From UHGV virus genome UHGV-0123126: 39,300 nt of DNA, one strand, 5' to 3'. The notes below the pieces were generated by a model that was not told where the DNA came from, did not search any database, and saw only the letters and a program-made list of their open reading frames with translations. This DNA is from a virus. Positions 8,364-17,984 of this stretch are shown here, piece after piece. Made by a program: the position numbers and the translations under genes. Every line of letters starts with the position of its first letter. The first letter of the stretch is position 1.

Positions 8364-8795
8364 TCAACGGGGAGTAATAAAGCGTTCAGAGCCTAATCGC
8401 TCTAATTCAACGATGGCCATCTTTGACGCCTGAACGATCATGTCTCGGCGATGCGAAAAGGCGGCGACAGCATGTTTGTATATGTCTGCGATGTGCCGTG
8501 CTTCATCCAACTTCTGCCGTTTAGACAGATACTGTGGGTTTGTTTTAACCTTAGCGTCCAGTACAGACTCGTTGAACTTAATGCCGTTCATACTCAAGTT
8601 CTTACGCTCTGTGTCGTATAGCTTTGCTTCAACAGCTTCAAGGTTAAGTTTTGCCTCTGCGACATCTCGATCTGCCTGCGCTAGTTTTGACCCATACTCC
8701 ATTAAAAGCCGTGGCTGTTTACGCCATACTTCCTCAAGGTTGTCGCGGTCGAACTCCAGATCGGCCATGATTTTAGAAAAAATATCAGTGTTCAC
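8364..8795 (-). CDS. Hypothetical protein; weak resemblance to UvsY-type recombination mediators; GTG start
   Basis: 143-aa ORF with GTG start and AGGAA SD; resemblance judged by eye only. Confidence 0.5.
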   Translation of the reverse strand: MNTDIFSKIMADLEFDRDNLEEVWRKQPRLLMEYGSKLAQADRDVAEAKLNLEAVEAKLYDTERKNLSMNGIKFNESVLDAKVKTNPQYLSKRQKLDEARHIADIYKHAVAAFSHRRDMIVQASKMAIVELERLGSERFITPR

Positions 8796-9003
8796 TCTAA
8801 TAGGTTCCTACTTATAAAATCTGTATCAATTATATCAAACAGAGAACGGGTTTATGGCGTCATGTCAACTTTGTTCAGGGGAAAAATATTGAGATCACCG
8901 AAGATAATTAGTTGTCTTATTTTGGTAAGCTGTGCTGACCATCTTTAGGTCACATACATGAGATGGATGGGGGTGTGGCATGAACGGATGAAATTCAGTC
9001 GCC

Positions 9004-9034
9004 GTTGACAGATGTCAACACTGTGAATAGAATA
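9004..9034 (+). promoter_or_regulatory. Sigma70-type promoter (TTGACA, 17-bp spacer, TAGAAT) with a 16-bp palindrome GTTGACAGATGTCAAC over the -35
   Basis: TTGACA at 9005..9010, TAGAAT at 9028..9033; GGAGG SD and ATG at 9051 follow. Confidence 0.5.
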
Positions 9035-9050
9035 CTATTATCGGAGGCGA

Positions 9051-9275
9051 ATGAAGCAACATCCGAATAAGCATATTCAAGCAGCCATTGACTATGCATT
9101 AAGTAAAGGCTGGATCTGGGTAGCAGCTGGTGGTGCTGCACATTGTTTTTGCAGACTGCGATGCGGTAATCCAGAAGGTGAACACAAAACTCACCAAATG
9201 AGCGTATGGTCGACTCCGGGTAATCCCGAAAACCATGCCAAACAGATCAAACGAATGGTTGATCGTTGTAAATGA
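9051..9275 (+). CDS. Hypothetical Cys/His-rich small protein (74 aa)
   Basis: Strong SD (GGAGG) and promoter upstream; C..C..C and several His residues. Confidence 0.55.
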   Translation: MKQHPNKHIQAAIDYALSKGWIWVAAGGAAHCFCRLRCGNPEGEHKTHQMSVWSTPGNPENHAKQIKRMVDRCK

Positions 9276-9279
9276 TTTC

Positions 9280-9299
9280 AAGGCGGCATTAGCCGCCTT
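9280..9299 (+). terminator. Intercistronic hairpin (AAGGCGGC-ATTA-GCCGCCTT), possible attenuator
   Basis: Perfect 8-bp stem with a short T-run, between the two plus-strand genes. Confidence 0.3.
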
Positions 9300-9335
9300 T
9301 TGCAGAAACTGTCCAACTATCTTCAAAGGAAAACT

Positions 9336-9899
9336 ATGGCGCTTTATAACTTCACTCTGACGCTCTCAGGCGTATCGTATGAGACGGAAGGACTGGAAGA
9401 CGCGCTGTACCAAAACGGCTGTGACGATGCGCTAATTTGCGCATATGGAAACTCCGTCTATGTAGAATTTGACCGCGAAGCACAATCACTTGATGCAGCT
9501 ATCGCATCTGCGGTCGACAATATTGAATCAGCCGGTATCGGTGCAATTGTTGAATCCGTCGACTCGGCTCTTGTGGGCTTAAGCGATATCGCGGAACTGA
9601 CAGACCTGTCTCGCCAGGCAGTGGCGTTGCTCAAAGACGGTAAGCGCGGAAGCGGCGACTTCCCTTGCCCTGTACAACGCATAAAAGGCCAGTCTCCTCT
9701 CTGGGATTGGGCTGATGTGGCTGAATGGCTCATGAATAACGGACGACTTAAAGAGGGCGATCAAATTGTCCAAAATGCCCGAACTTTGAGTAAATGGAAT
9801 CTGGCGCTTCGAAACAGCGTCTCGAAAGATTTCAACGAAATAGAGCAAATTGCGGAGAAACTGATTAAACGCCGCAAAGATATTGCGAAATGCGCATAA
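9336..9899 (+). CDS. Hypothetical protein with a possible C-terminal helix-turn-helix (track ORF begins at an upstream TTG, 9300)
   Basis: ATG at 9336 preceded by AAGGA; HTH-like segment LSDIAELTDLSRQAVALL; followed by hairpin GCCCGCC-AATT-GGCGGGC at 9903..9922. Confidence 0.55.
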   Translation: MALYNFTLTLSGVSYETEGLEDALYQNGCDDALICAYGNSVYVEFDREAQSLDAAIASAVDNIESAGIGAIVESVDSALVGLSDIAELTDLSRQAVALLKDGKRGSGDFPCPVQRIKGQSPLWDWADVAEWLMNNGRLKEGDQIVQNARTLSKWNLALRNSVSKDFNEIEQIAEKLIKRRKDIAKCA

Positions 9900-10015
9900 T
9901 GATGCCCGCCAATTGGCGGGCATCTGTTCTCTGTAAAGGTGTCTGGCATCGTCTGGTTCGTTAACGTTTACTAAACCAATGGTGACAAAAATTAGTTATC
10001 TTTGAAAAATAAAGG

Positions 10016-10044
10016 TTGCATGAAAAGAAGGGGTATGCGTTAAT
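10016..10044 (+). promoter_or_regulatory. cspA-like promoter (TTGCAT, 17-bp spacer, GTTAAT) with about 180-nt 5' UTR
   Basis: Hexamers at 10016..10021 and 10039..10044; long leader before the csp start mirrors the E. coli cspA arrangement (from memory). Confidence 0.4.
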
Positions 10045-10228
10045 AGCATCGTTGGTTTGCAAGACAGACCTTATGTAAGCAGTTTTAGTAAAGCAGTCTC
10101 AGTTCAGTGTTATCTTCTGATTTCCCTTCTTCGTGAGTCTCCTCCTTAAGTGCCTAAGTAAGTCCCAATCTATACAGATCAAATTCTCGCCGCACTATGT
10201 GGCTCACAAAATTAAGAAGGTAATATCT

Positions 10229-10444
10229 ATGTCTAATAAAATGACTGGTTTAGTAAAATGGTTTAACTCTGATAAAGGCTTTGGCTTTATTTCTCCTGCT
10301 GATGGCAGTAAAGATGTTTTTGTACATTTTTCGGCAATTCAGAGTAATAATTTCCGCACTTTGGAAGAAGGCCAGCAGGTCGAATTCTCTATCGAGAATG
10401 GGGCTAAAGGCCCAGCAGCAGCAAATGTCGTTGCTCTAAGCTGA
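10229..10444 (+). CDS. Cold-shock protein, CspA family (CspB/G/I-like), 71 aa
   Basis: [38 protein letters not shown]... carries the RNP1/RNP2 motifs of CspA-family proteins; the track ORF is extended upstream. Confidence 0.9.
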   Translation: MSNKMTGLVKWFNSDKGFGFISPADGSKDVFVHFSAIQSNNFRTLEEGQQVEFSIENGAKGPAAANVVALS

Positions 10445-10720
10445 TTCAACGCTGATGATCCTCATTTCTACAATAACGAAGACGGTGTAAGCCTGAGTGG
10501 ATAGATTTGTAGGATTGTACAAGTTGAATAAATTAGCATGGTAAGGCCATGCTAATTAAATCGACACAACGGCCAGTTTATTCCATAAAAGTGAATTGCC
10601 CATTGTGGCGAAATGCGGGGTTGCCGCATGAATAGTCAAAGGCAGAAGCTAACTGCCGGCATGGCAAAACAAAGTGCGTAAGAGGAGTGACTTCCTCAAC
10701 AAGCGCCATAATTCTTTATA

Positions 10721-10749
10721 AACCCGCCAACAGGCGGGTTTTCTTTATT
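10721..10749. terminator. Hairpin AACCCGCC-AACA-GGCGGGTT plus T-rich tail, between csp and the polymerase 3' end
   Basis: Perfect 8-bp stem followed on plus by TTCTTTATT; directly abuts the polymerase stop. Confidence 0.45.
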
Positions 10750-13700
10750 ACTTATTTATTGTCTCCGCGATATCAGCCAGAATGGCCTCCAGTCGCTCTC
10801 CTTCTTCCGGTCGGAAGTACAGGATATTCGGGTTAAATCCGTAGAAGACGGTTGCATCAAGCTCTGGGAAGTACTCCTTACGACCAATCAGATCTGATGG
10901 TTTACTCTTATTGTTAAATAGTGCGGTTGAACGACTACCACACGTCAAAATGTAGGTTGGTCGTACAAGATTAATTTCTTCCCGCATAAAGTCTGTGAAC
11001 TGGCCTATCTCGTCTTTGGTATAGTCTTTCTCTTTGTCCTTAACCTTCTTACAAACACCCGTGACATAAAGATCGCCCATGCGCAGATCTCCAACTGTCA
11101 GTAGTTTTGCCTTAAAGTCGTCGTATCCGTTCTCCATGAAGTAGCCGGTACGAGCGTCATTGCCGTTCGCATTGTCCAGAATGATCATGATTTTGGGTTT
11201 AATACCAATAGTCGGGCGTATCAACTCCTCACCCAAGCCCATTTCAGCCGCCATACGTGTCATGAGTACGTTGATTTCGGCAGAACGCTTAGGATTCATT
11301 TCGAACGGACGTGATGCTTTAACAGCGTCAATGATGAGATTGCCCATCAGCTCAGCCTGGTCGCGCAGTCGTTCAGGATCAGTTGCTGGCAGACTGCCTG
11401 GCTCAATTGACGCAAAAGCCCCTACTTTATGAAGCGACTCGCGTACACGACTGTTACATGCACGCTTCTCGACCGCTTCATCGAATTGTGCCACTGACTC
11501 GAATTTGCCACCAACTTTCTCACGCGCACGCATAATTGCCTGACAACCATTTTCAGAACAGCCTTTCACAGCAGAGAATGGCGCATACAGTGCCTGACTG
11601 CCGTCTTCGAGTGTGCGGATCTCAATTCGGTTAGATGACACATTAACGTCTGGTGGCAATACGCGAATGCCATAGGTCAGCGCATCCTTCACCAGCCCCT
11701 GATGCTTATCCTCGCCCAGAATGGTGAGCGCAGCTGCGAAGAACTCAGCAGGGTAGTGCGTCTTTAGCCACATAGACTGATAACTGATTAAAGAATAAGA
11801 AACGGAGTGTGATTTATTGAACTGATAGGCTCCGTTTTTCTCAAATGCGGTCCAGATCTCCTTCGCTTTCATCTCTGATAGCCCTGGATGTGACGCTGTA
11901 ACGCGTACTGCGTTTATAGGTAGTTTTGCGCCGTGCTCAAGTGCCTCTTCGACAGTTTTCAGAGTTCCGTCTTCGCATTTAAAATGTTCCGCACGGTGAA
12001 TGCGCTGTGTAGTGCCATCTTCCAGCTCAACGTCTATCCAGCCAGCTTGAGCCTGAACGATGAACTTCTCGCCCATGCTCTTCATTTTTTCCATGTTCTT
12101 CTTACCGATTGCGGAACGCACAGCGTCAGCTTCAGCCATTGTGAAGCCGGCAAGCAATCGAGTCGCGTTCATCGTCTGTTCCTGATAGAGAATCACGCCA
12201 TTTGTTTCCGCGGTAAGTTCATCAAGAACGGGGTGTAATGATTCCGGCGTCATAAAGCCTTTGGCGACAGAAACATAGTCATCCAACATGCCTGATTGAA
12301 TTGGCCCCGGCCGGAAGAGCGCAGTTGTAGCGACGACCGTTTTAAAGCTCATTGGCTCAATTCCACCACCTAAATCTTTAAGCAGCTTGCGCATTGGGCC
12401 TGATTCAAGCTGGAAAACACCTTGAGTGTACCCAGCAGCAAAACCATCCAGCACCTTGCGATCTTCAAGAGAAATGGCATCAAGATTGATATCTTCACCT
12501 GTGTTCTCTTTTATGTAGCGTTTTGCACTATCGAGCAAATCGAGAGTTGCCAGGCCAAGCACGTCCAGCTTAATTAGGCCCATAGCCTCGCAGTAACGCT
12601 TGTCAAATGCGATACAACGCGCGTCACCACGGCGCTCAACCGGTGTACGTTCTGTCAGAGGAACACCTGCTACGATCATCCCTGCCGCATGTCTACCAAA
12701 GCCACGCATAAGGCTTTGTAACTTGCAGGCTGCATTGAATGCATCAGGATATTTTGTTGCGTATTTGTCGAGACTTGCCAGTTGTTCGCGCAGTTCTTCC
12801 AATGGAAGGCTATCATCCTCAGCGTTCTTCAGTTCTTTTGATACCGCCATATCTGCGGACTCCACACCATAAATACGAGCGGTGTCACGTAGTGCAGAGG
12901 CTGCGCCCAGGTAGGTGAAGTTCGGAATGCCTGCAACGTAATCTTCGCCGTAGCGTTCATTCAGATACTCGATCACCTCATGGCGACGTGCCTGGCTGAA
13001 GTCCAAATCCGCATCTGGCAAGTCGAGACGCTCAGGGTTGATGAAACGTTCAAACAGAAGACCGTGACGGATAGGGTCGACGTTGGTTATGCCTATGCAC
13101 CATGCCACCAAAGAGCCAGCGGAGGAACCACGACCAGGCCCGACAGGAATGCCAGTTTCACGGCTGTGATTCATCAGATCGCGTACCATCAGGAAGTAAC
13201 CACAAAATCCCAGGCGAGTAAGCGTGTCCATTTCGTACTTAAGTCGCTCAACATAAACCCTGTTCTCAGAAGCCGGTGGTGTGTATCCAAACTCTTTTGT
13301 GGTAAGACGTTTACGCAGCCCTGCAACAGCCAGTTTCATCAGCGTTGCAGGTTCGTCGTCTGCCATCTTGGGCAGTGCTGGTGGCAATTCATGCCAGCGC
13401 CATGTACAGGCTTCGATAATGGAGTCCTGCGTTGTTGAGGCCATTGCAGCTGTTACCGGCACATCCATGCGAACGGAGAAGGCTTTAAGCGCCTCAAGGA
13501 GATGGCGGCGACCATTGACGGCGTTATCTCGCTGGTGGGGTATACGCAGACGATGCGGCTGGTCGATTTTTATGTTGTTCGTAACCATGTGCGCAATGTC
13601 TTTAATGTCTGCATCGTCGATCGATTCGTAATAAGCGGGATAGAACGCTACTGGCTCTATTTTCAGTGCGCTGGCTACTTTCATCGCTCGGACGTTAATC

Positions 13701-14266
13701 TGGTCGTAGAATGGGGTAGGGTGCGGATAAACCACGCTATAGAAGTTGTCTTTCCCGCCCGCTGTAATCAGTGAGCTTATGATTTTTGCAAAATCGTTGC
13801 GTTGGAACACGCTACCGATGTCGGAAGTGAGCAGGATGATGTTGCCTTTGGCATATGTAGAAACCAACTGTTCGAGCGAGAGACGCGGTACAAAGTAGAA
13901 CTGTTCTCGTGTGTTGGCCACCGTCATTAGTTCGCAGATGTCGCGATATCCTTGCTCATTTTTAATTAGAGCGGTAAACGAGTAGTTACGTCCCCGCTCT
14001 AATGATTCCATACATCTCATAGATTCTTTAGCAAGTTTAGCCCGGTGCTCGTATGTGGGATCATCAACGATATTTAGTTTCACACCACAAATAACCGCCA
14101 TGTCGTCACCAGCGGCACGTTGTAGTGGAATAACACTCGCAATATTCATGCTATCTGCTGAAATTACAGCGGTGTAGCCAGCTTCTCTGGCAATCTTCAC
14201 CGCGTTTTCTGCTTTTAGAGCCGACTCCCCAAGTGAGAAGTCAGTTCGAACCATCAGTGCTTTCAT
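10748..14266 (-). CDS. dnaE: DNA polymerase III alpha-subunit-like replicative polymerase (DnaE family, N-terminal PHP domain)
   Basis: 1172-aa ORF with PHP-like N-terminus and overall DnaE-like length and architecture. Confidence 0.9.
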   Translation of the reverse strand: MKALMVRTDFSLGESALKAENAVKIAREAGYTAVISADSMNIASVIPLQRAAGDDMAVICGVKLNIVDDPTYEHRAKLAKESMRCMESLERGRNYSFTALIKNEQGYRDICELMTVANTREQFYFVPRLSLEQLVSTYAKGNIILLTSDIGSVFQRNDFAKIISSLITAGGKDNFYSVVYPHPTPFYDQINVRAMKVASALKIEPVAFYPAYYESIDDADIKDIAHMVTNNIKIDQPHRLRIPHQRDNAVNGRRHLLEALKAFSVRMDVPVTAAMASTTQDSIIEACTWRWHELPPALPKMADDEPATLMKLAVAGLRKRLTTKEFGYTPPASENRVYVERLKYEMDTLTRLGFCGYFLMVRDLMNHSRETGIPVGPGRGSSAGSLVAWCIGITNVDPIRHGLLFERFINPERLDLPDADLDFSQARRHEVIEYLNERYGEDYVAGIPNFTYLGAASALRDTARIYGVESADMAVSKELKNAEDDSLPLEELREQLASLDKYATKYPDAFNAACKLQSLMRGFGRHAAGMIVAGVPLTERTPVERRGDARCIAFDKRYCEAMGLIKLDVLGLATLDLLDSAKRYIKENTGEDINLDAISLEDRKVLDGFAAGYTQGVFQLESGPMRKLLKDLGGGIEPMSFKTVVATTALFRPGPIQSGMLDDYVSVAKGFMTPESLHPVLDELTAETNGVILYQEQTMNATRLLAGFTMAEADAVRSAIGKKNMEKMKSMGEKFIVQAQAGWIDVELEDGTTQRIHRAEHFKCEDGTLKTVEEALEHGAKLPINAVRVTASHPGLSEMKAKEIWTAFEKNGAYQFNKSHSVSYSLISYQSMWLKTHYPAEFFAAALTILGEDKHQGLVKDALTYGIRVLPPDVNVSSNRIEIRTLEDGSQALYAPFSAVKGCSENGCQAIMRAREKVGGKFESVAQFDEAVEKRACNSRVRESLHKVGAFASIEPGSLPATDPERLRDQAELMGNLIIDAVKASRPFEMNPKRSAEINVLMTRMAAEMGLGEELIRPTIGIKPKIMIILDNANGNDARTGYFMENGYDDFKAKLLTVGDLRMGDLYVTGVCKKVKDKEKDYTKDEIGQFTDFMREEINLVRPTYILTCGSRSTALFNNKSKPSDLIGRKEYFPELDATVFYGFNPNILYFRPEEGERLEAILADIAETINK

Positions 14267-14450
14267 GTGTTTTTACCTTTATGGTTTTTTTGATTTTGTC
14301 ATTGGGGAAGCCTACGAACTTCCCATACATCGAAATCGCAACTTCTTTTGCTGATTGGTGACAATCGGGCTTGTCTGGACATACCAGACAAGCCTTACCA
14401 GTTTCAGAAGCAGCGATAAGAGAGCCGAAACATCCTTTACGCACGATCAA
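14241..14450 (-). CDS. Small hypothetical protein (69 aa) coupled between the CobS-like and polymerase genes
   Basis: Start overlaps CobS-like stop, stop overlaps polymerase start; several Cys residues. Confidence 0.35.
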   Translation of the reverse strand: MIVRKGCFGSLIAASETGKACLVCPDKPDCHQSAKEVAISMYGKFVGFPNDKIKKTIKVKTHESTDGSN

Positions 14451-15682
14451 CCAAATATTTTTTGAACAACTTCACGAGCCGCTTGTGCAGAAGCTGAAGG
14501 GAGTTTGTTAATGAAAGAACGCTCAATACCTGTCACAAAGTCGCCTCGCATCATTCCAATCTTGGCCGACAACAAAAGTTCACGAGGGCCAATTGGCTGA
14601 CTGATAAGGTGTTCTTCGTATCCATCGCGAACGATACCGGCAAACTTAACCATCTTTTCTGCGTATTCATCCACGATACCGGCATTTATCAACATGTTGA
14701 TCTCTGCCTCTTTGCTCATGTATTTCACATTCGAAACGATGCCAAAACGCGAAAAGTTCGCGGCGTTCTGGATGTTTGTACCCTGGTACAAGCCGGTTTC
14801 ATCACCAGATCCGTTCGTGTTGCCAGTGCCAATGAAAGCAAACCGTTCATGCGGAGTAATGCGACGCCATTCTGGAGTCGCCTCTTTGATGACCAACGCT
14901 TCACCTTCCAGCACTGGCTGATACACGCCAAGAATCTGTGGAAACGCAAAGTCGTATTCATCCGCGAGGTAAACCCAGCCATGCTTCATTGCGAGCGCAA
15001 GCAAGCCAGGCTCGAAATACGTAGAGCCATCACGCGCCAGAATTTGCCCCGTAACATGTGCCTCTTCCATTGATGCTGTATGTTGGGCACGGATCAACGG
15101 ACGATTGAGCAAAGCACATAGTTGTGTAGGCAATGACGATTTGCCTGTTCCTGCATGACCCCACAAATAGCCAGGTATGCCAAGTTCAAGCATCATGAAA
15201 ATGTCTTTGATCAGTTCGAAGTCGCCATATACGTAGCCCTTCTTCACTTCTGGAACGAACTCTGGAAACGGCGTATTGACGTTGACGCTAACCATGAGCG
15301 GCGTCCCACGTTTTGTTCCGAGTTCTTTCACCGTTACATTTAGCAGTTCGTGAGCTGCGACCAGATCTGTCTTGTACTCAACTGTGCCTGTGTAGCCTGG
15401 GCTACTGGTCACGCCAGATGATTTGGCCATTTCGCTTTTTTGCTCGGCACGTTTAGCTTGAATTGCATCAAGTGCCTTTTTCGATAGCGTTGGTTCATCT
15501 GGAAACTGCGTTGTGTACATTTTCAGTACGGTGTCAGGATCGGCATCTTTTACTGACTCAGGAATGCCCTCGCAATTACCATTGGCTACATGGGACTTAA
15601 AATAGTGAAATGATTTGCCGCACCACTTGCAAACAAGGTAATCAGAAGGATTTTTATCATTTTGCAGTGCAGTAGTAGTCAT
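14447..15682 (-). CDS. cobS: CobS-like / MoxR-family AAA+ ATPase
   Basis: Walker A GHAGTGKSS, Walker B-like VYLADEYD; 411 aa; paired with a downstream vWA protein. Confidence 0.85.
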   Translation of the reverse strand: MTTTALQNDKNPSDYLVCKWCGKSFHYFKSHVANGNCEGIPESVKDADPDTVLKMYTTQFPDEPTLSKKALDAIQAKRAEQKSEMAKSSGVTSSPGYTGTVEYKTDLVAAHELLNVTVKELGTKRGTPLMVSVNVNTPFPEFVPEVKKGYVYGDFELIKDIFMMLELGIPGYLWGHAGTGKSSLPTQLCALLNRPLIRAQHTASMEEAHVTGQILARDGSTYFEPGLLALAMKHGWVYLADEYDFAFPQILGVYQPVLEGEALVIKEATPEWRRITPHERFAFIGTGNTNGSGDETGLYQGTNIQNAANFSRFGIVSNVKYMSKEAEINMLINAGIVDEYAEKMVKFAGIVRDGYEEHLISQPIGPRELLLSAKIGMMRGDFVTGIERSFINKLPSASAQAAREVVQKIFG

Positions 15683-15745
15683 GCGCTTTTCCTTTGTTCT
15701 CTAATGAGCGTTCAAGTTCTTATATAAATATACCATTAACTATGG

Positions 15746-15759
15746 TAAGTAGTTACTTA
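15746..15759. promoter_or_regulatory. Palindrome TAAGTA-GT-TACTTA within conserved GGTAAGTAGTTACTTATC, between the CobT-like and CobS-like genes
   Basis: Near-identical GGTAGGTAGTTACTTACTTATC occurs at 31411..31430 upstream of another minus-strand gene. Confidence 0.4.
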
Positions 15760-15777
15760 TCATTAAGGCTGTTTTAA

Positions 15778-17886
15778 TTACTTCAAAATGATACGAGATA
15801 GTTCAGTAACTACAGATGAACCAAGACTATCAACACTAGTTACCAGGGCATGATTTGCGTAAAATCTCTCCGGTGCATCAGTCATGATGCCAATTGCCAT
15901 CAAATCAATGTCAGTCTGCGTTTCAATTTGCTTCGTAACCGAACGCAAATGGGCGTCAAAACCTCTCCCAACAGCCCACGGCGCGCCATCACTCAGAACA
16001 AGCATGATCTTCCTGTCCTCCAAGCGACCGGAAAATAACGATGCAAGGCTGGCTATGCTTTCACCATCCACGTTATTAAGAAGTGGGAATGTGTAGCCTA
16101 CGCACCCCATACGTGAGCGAACTTCGCGAGAATTTGCTTTTTCATTCCAATTTTTGATGATAGGTAGCATTAAAGATTCAAAGCGAGAGAACTCATATTT
16201 GATAGCCTTAAGTTCTCCTGCTGCCATATGACTGCCAAATGTAGTGAAGCCGGTGATAATGTTGGGAACATTTATTCGATCAAGTGCATCGGCGATGGTA
16301 TATGCACTTGCAAGAGCTAGTTTTATCGTTTCGCCACTCATTGAACCCGATAAATCAATCACTTGTTGAACACAGGCGTTAACGGCTTTAGATTCTTCTT
16401 TTTTACGAAACACGCGATCATCATTCATTGTTAATCTGTAGATACTTGAACCATGAATGCGCCCCCGACGCTGGCCAGGTATAAACTGAACTCTGTTTCT
16501 GCTTGCTATTGCACGTTCCAGGTCTTTTGCCAGCGTCGACGAAACACCTGACGAAAGGTGCTTTTCAATATATTTGTCGAAGAGCTGGTTGCCTTCAGGA
16601 ACGATGCGATAACGGCTGATTGGATATCCACCTAAATCAATATCGGAGAATGTTTTAATAAGCCGTTTGATATGGGCTTCTGCCTGATCAATCGAGCCGA
16701 TGAAGTCGTATGAGCGATTGTATGGCCTGTATTCGCTTTTCGAGCTTTCTGTTAACTCGCTTTTAATCGTTTCGGATAGCGCATCTTCTGTCATGCCTCC
16801 GACTTCATCTTCCATGCTATCCAACTCCTCTAAAGCCTCTTCCAGACTCATTTTTGACGGAGTTGGAATGTCTGAAGAGCCGTCTTCTGTCGATTTTCTT
16901 TTTTCGTGGTCAGTGGTAAATGATTCTGACGCCGCGTTATCAGAAGCACCAGAATCTGATACCTCTTTATCATTTTCTGTATCATCGAATATTGTTTCTG
17001 ATGATTCAGAATTATCTGAATCATCACTGTCGTTATTATCATGTTTGTACTTACTGTGTGATTCTGATTTGATAGATTTGTGATTATCTAACGCTGAGGG
17101 TGTCTCATGATCTTCGTTGTCTTCATTGTTTTCTCCAGAGGCATCCGTCTGGTCAGCGTCTGAAGGATCGGAAGTTTTTCCCGGAGCTGACTCCTTACCT
17201 TTGCTTTCACTTTCAGTGTCTTTGAGGATCTTAGCTATGGTCGCAGCCACCTTTACACAATCCTCGGTGCAAGACATGTTACGCACGGCCACATCGATAC
17301 CATGTTCTTTTAATAATGAAATTGGTTTCTCAATGACAGGCCAATATTCATCCATGAAATCTACGAACGGTGCTTGGCCATCCCAGGCTCTTACAACCGG
17401 ACAGAGAAAGAAGTTTAGAAAAAGCGCGCGCTGATCTTTGCCACAATAAGCAATAGCCTCTGAAGCCTTTGTTTTAAAGACTTTTTCGATTATAAGGCGC
17501 TGAGTTGCCATCAGATTACGTCTTGTTCCGTTAAAGACCTGACCCATTTTTCGCTCGATGAACACGTCTTCTAAGGCATTCCATAGCGACCAGGAAGGAA
17601 CGCGTCCTTTTTCTCTCATTTTGTTGGACACACGAATATCGGTAAACAAAATGTGAGCAACCTCATGATCGAGAAATCCGCGCACAGCATTCATCAATGC
17701 CGGTGTTGCGTTATCCGGGATTGATGGGATGTTTACGAGAATTGGCTCTCCATCATCGTTATAGCGTACATAAGCGTCGTCCCCTCGTTCTGCAACAGGG
17801 ATGTTTTTACCTGAAAGGAGAGCGACTACTCGTTTTACACTGTCACGGAAGTCCTGAACCTCTTTGATGGAACGTTTTTTAGACAT
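15778..17886 (-). CDS. cobT: CobT-like von Willebrand factor A (vWA) domain protein with long acidic low-complexity linker
   Basis: 702 aa; MIDAS-like DLSGSMSGE; Ser/Asp/Glu-rich segment around residues 220-370; directly upstream of the AAA+ partner. Confidence 0.8.
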   Translation of the reverse strand: MSKKRSIKEVQDFRDSVKRVVALLSGKNIPVAERGDDAYVRYNDDGEPILVNIPSIPDNATPALMNAVRGFLDHEVAHILFTDIRVSNKMREKGRVPSWSLWNALEDVFIERKMGQVFNGTRRNLMATQRLIIEKVFKTKASEAIAYCGKDQRALFLNFFLCPVVRAWDGQAPFVDFMDEYWPVIEKPISLLKEHGIDVAVRNMSCTEDCVKVAATIAKILKDTESESKGKESAPGKTSDPSDADQTDASGENNEDNEDHETPSALDNHKSIKSESHSKYKHDNNDSDDSDNSESSETIFDDTENDKEVSDSGASDNAASESFTTDHEKRKSTEDGSSDIPTPSKMSLEEALEELDSMEDEVGGMTEDALSETIKSELTESSKSEYRPYNRSYDFIGSIDQAEAHIKRLIKTFSDIDLGGYPISRYRIVPEGNQLFDKYIEKHLSSGVSSTLAKDLERAIASRNRVQFIPGQRRGRIHGSSIYRLTMNDDRVFRKKEESKAVNACVQQVIDLSGSMSGETIKLALASAYTIADALDRINVPNIITGFTTFGSHMAAGELKAIKYEFSRFESLMLPIIKNWNEKANSREVRSRMGCVGYTFPLLNNVDGESIASLASLFSGRLEDRKIMLVLSDGAPWAVGRGFDAHLRSVTKQIETQTDIDLMAIGIMTDAPERFYANHALVTSVDSLGSSVVTELSRIILK

Positions 17887-17984
17887 GGCTAATCCTTTGT
17901 TATGAAAACAAATTATTTACTAGTGTGTTTAATGTAGCACTGCGCGAACAGGGAACTAAGCCATTCGCGCAGGGAGAAGAGGGG

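Noticed and set aside
9300-9335. TTG start at 9300 for the second plus-strand gene
   Set aside because: It would begin inside the intercistronic hairpin; the ATG at 9336 has a proper AAGGA ribosome-binding site.
11160-13774. Several 90-150-aa plus-strand ORFs inside the DnaE-like gene (e.g. 12980..13438, 13281..13631)
   Set aside because: Antisense to a long, well-supported coding region; composition-driven open frames.
16740-17250. Low-complexity Ser/Asp/Glu-rich stretch as a separate gene, or the short antisense ORFs 16700..17083(+) and 16848..17042(-)
   Set aside because: The stretch is in-frame within the CobT-like ORF between its N-terminal and vWA domains (acidic linker); the overlapping ORFs are artefacts of the repetitive sequence.
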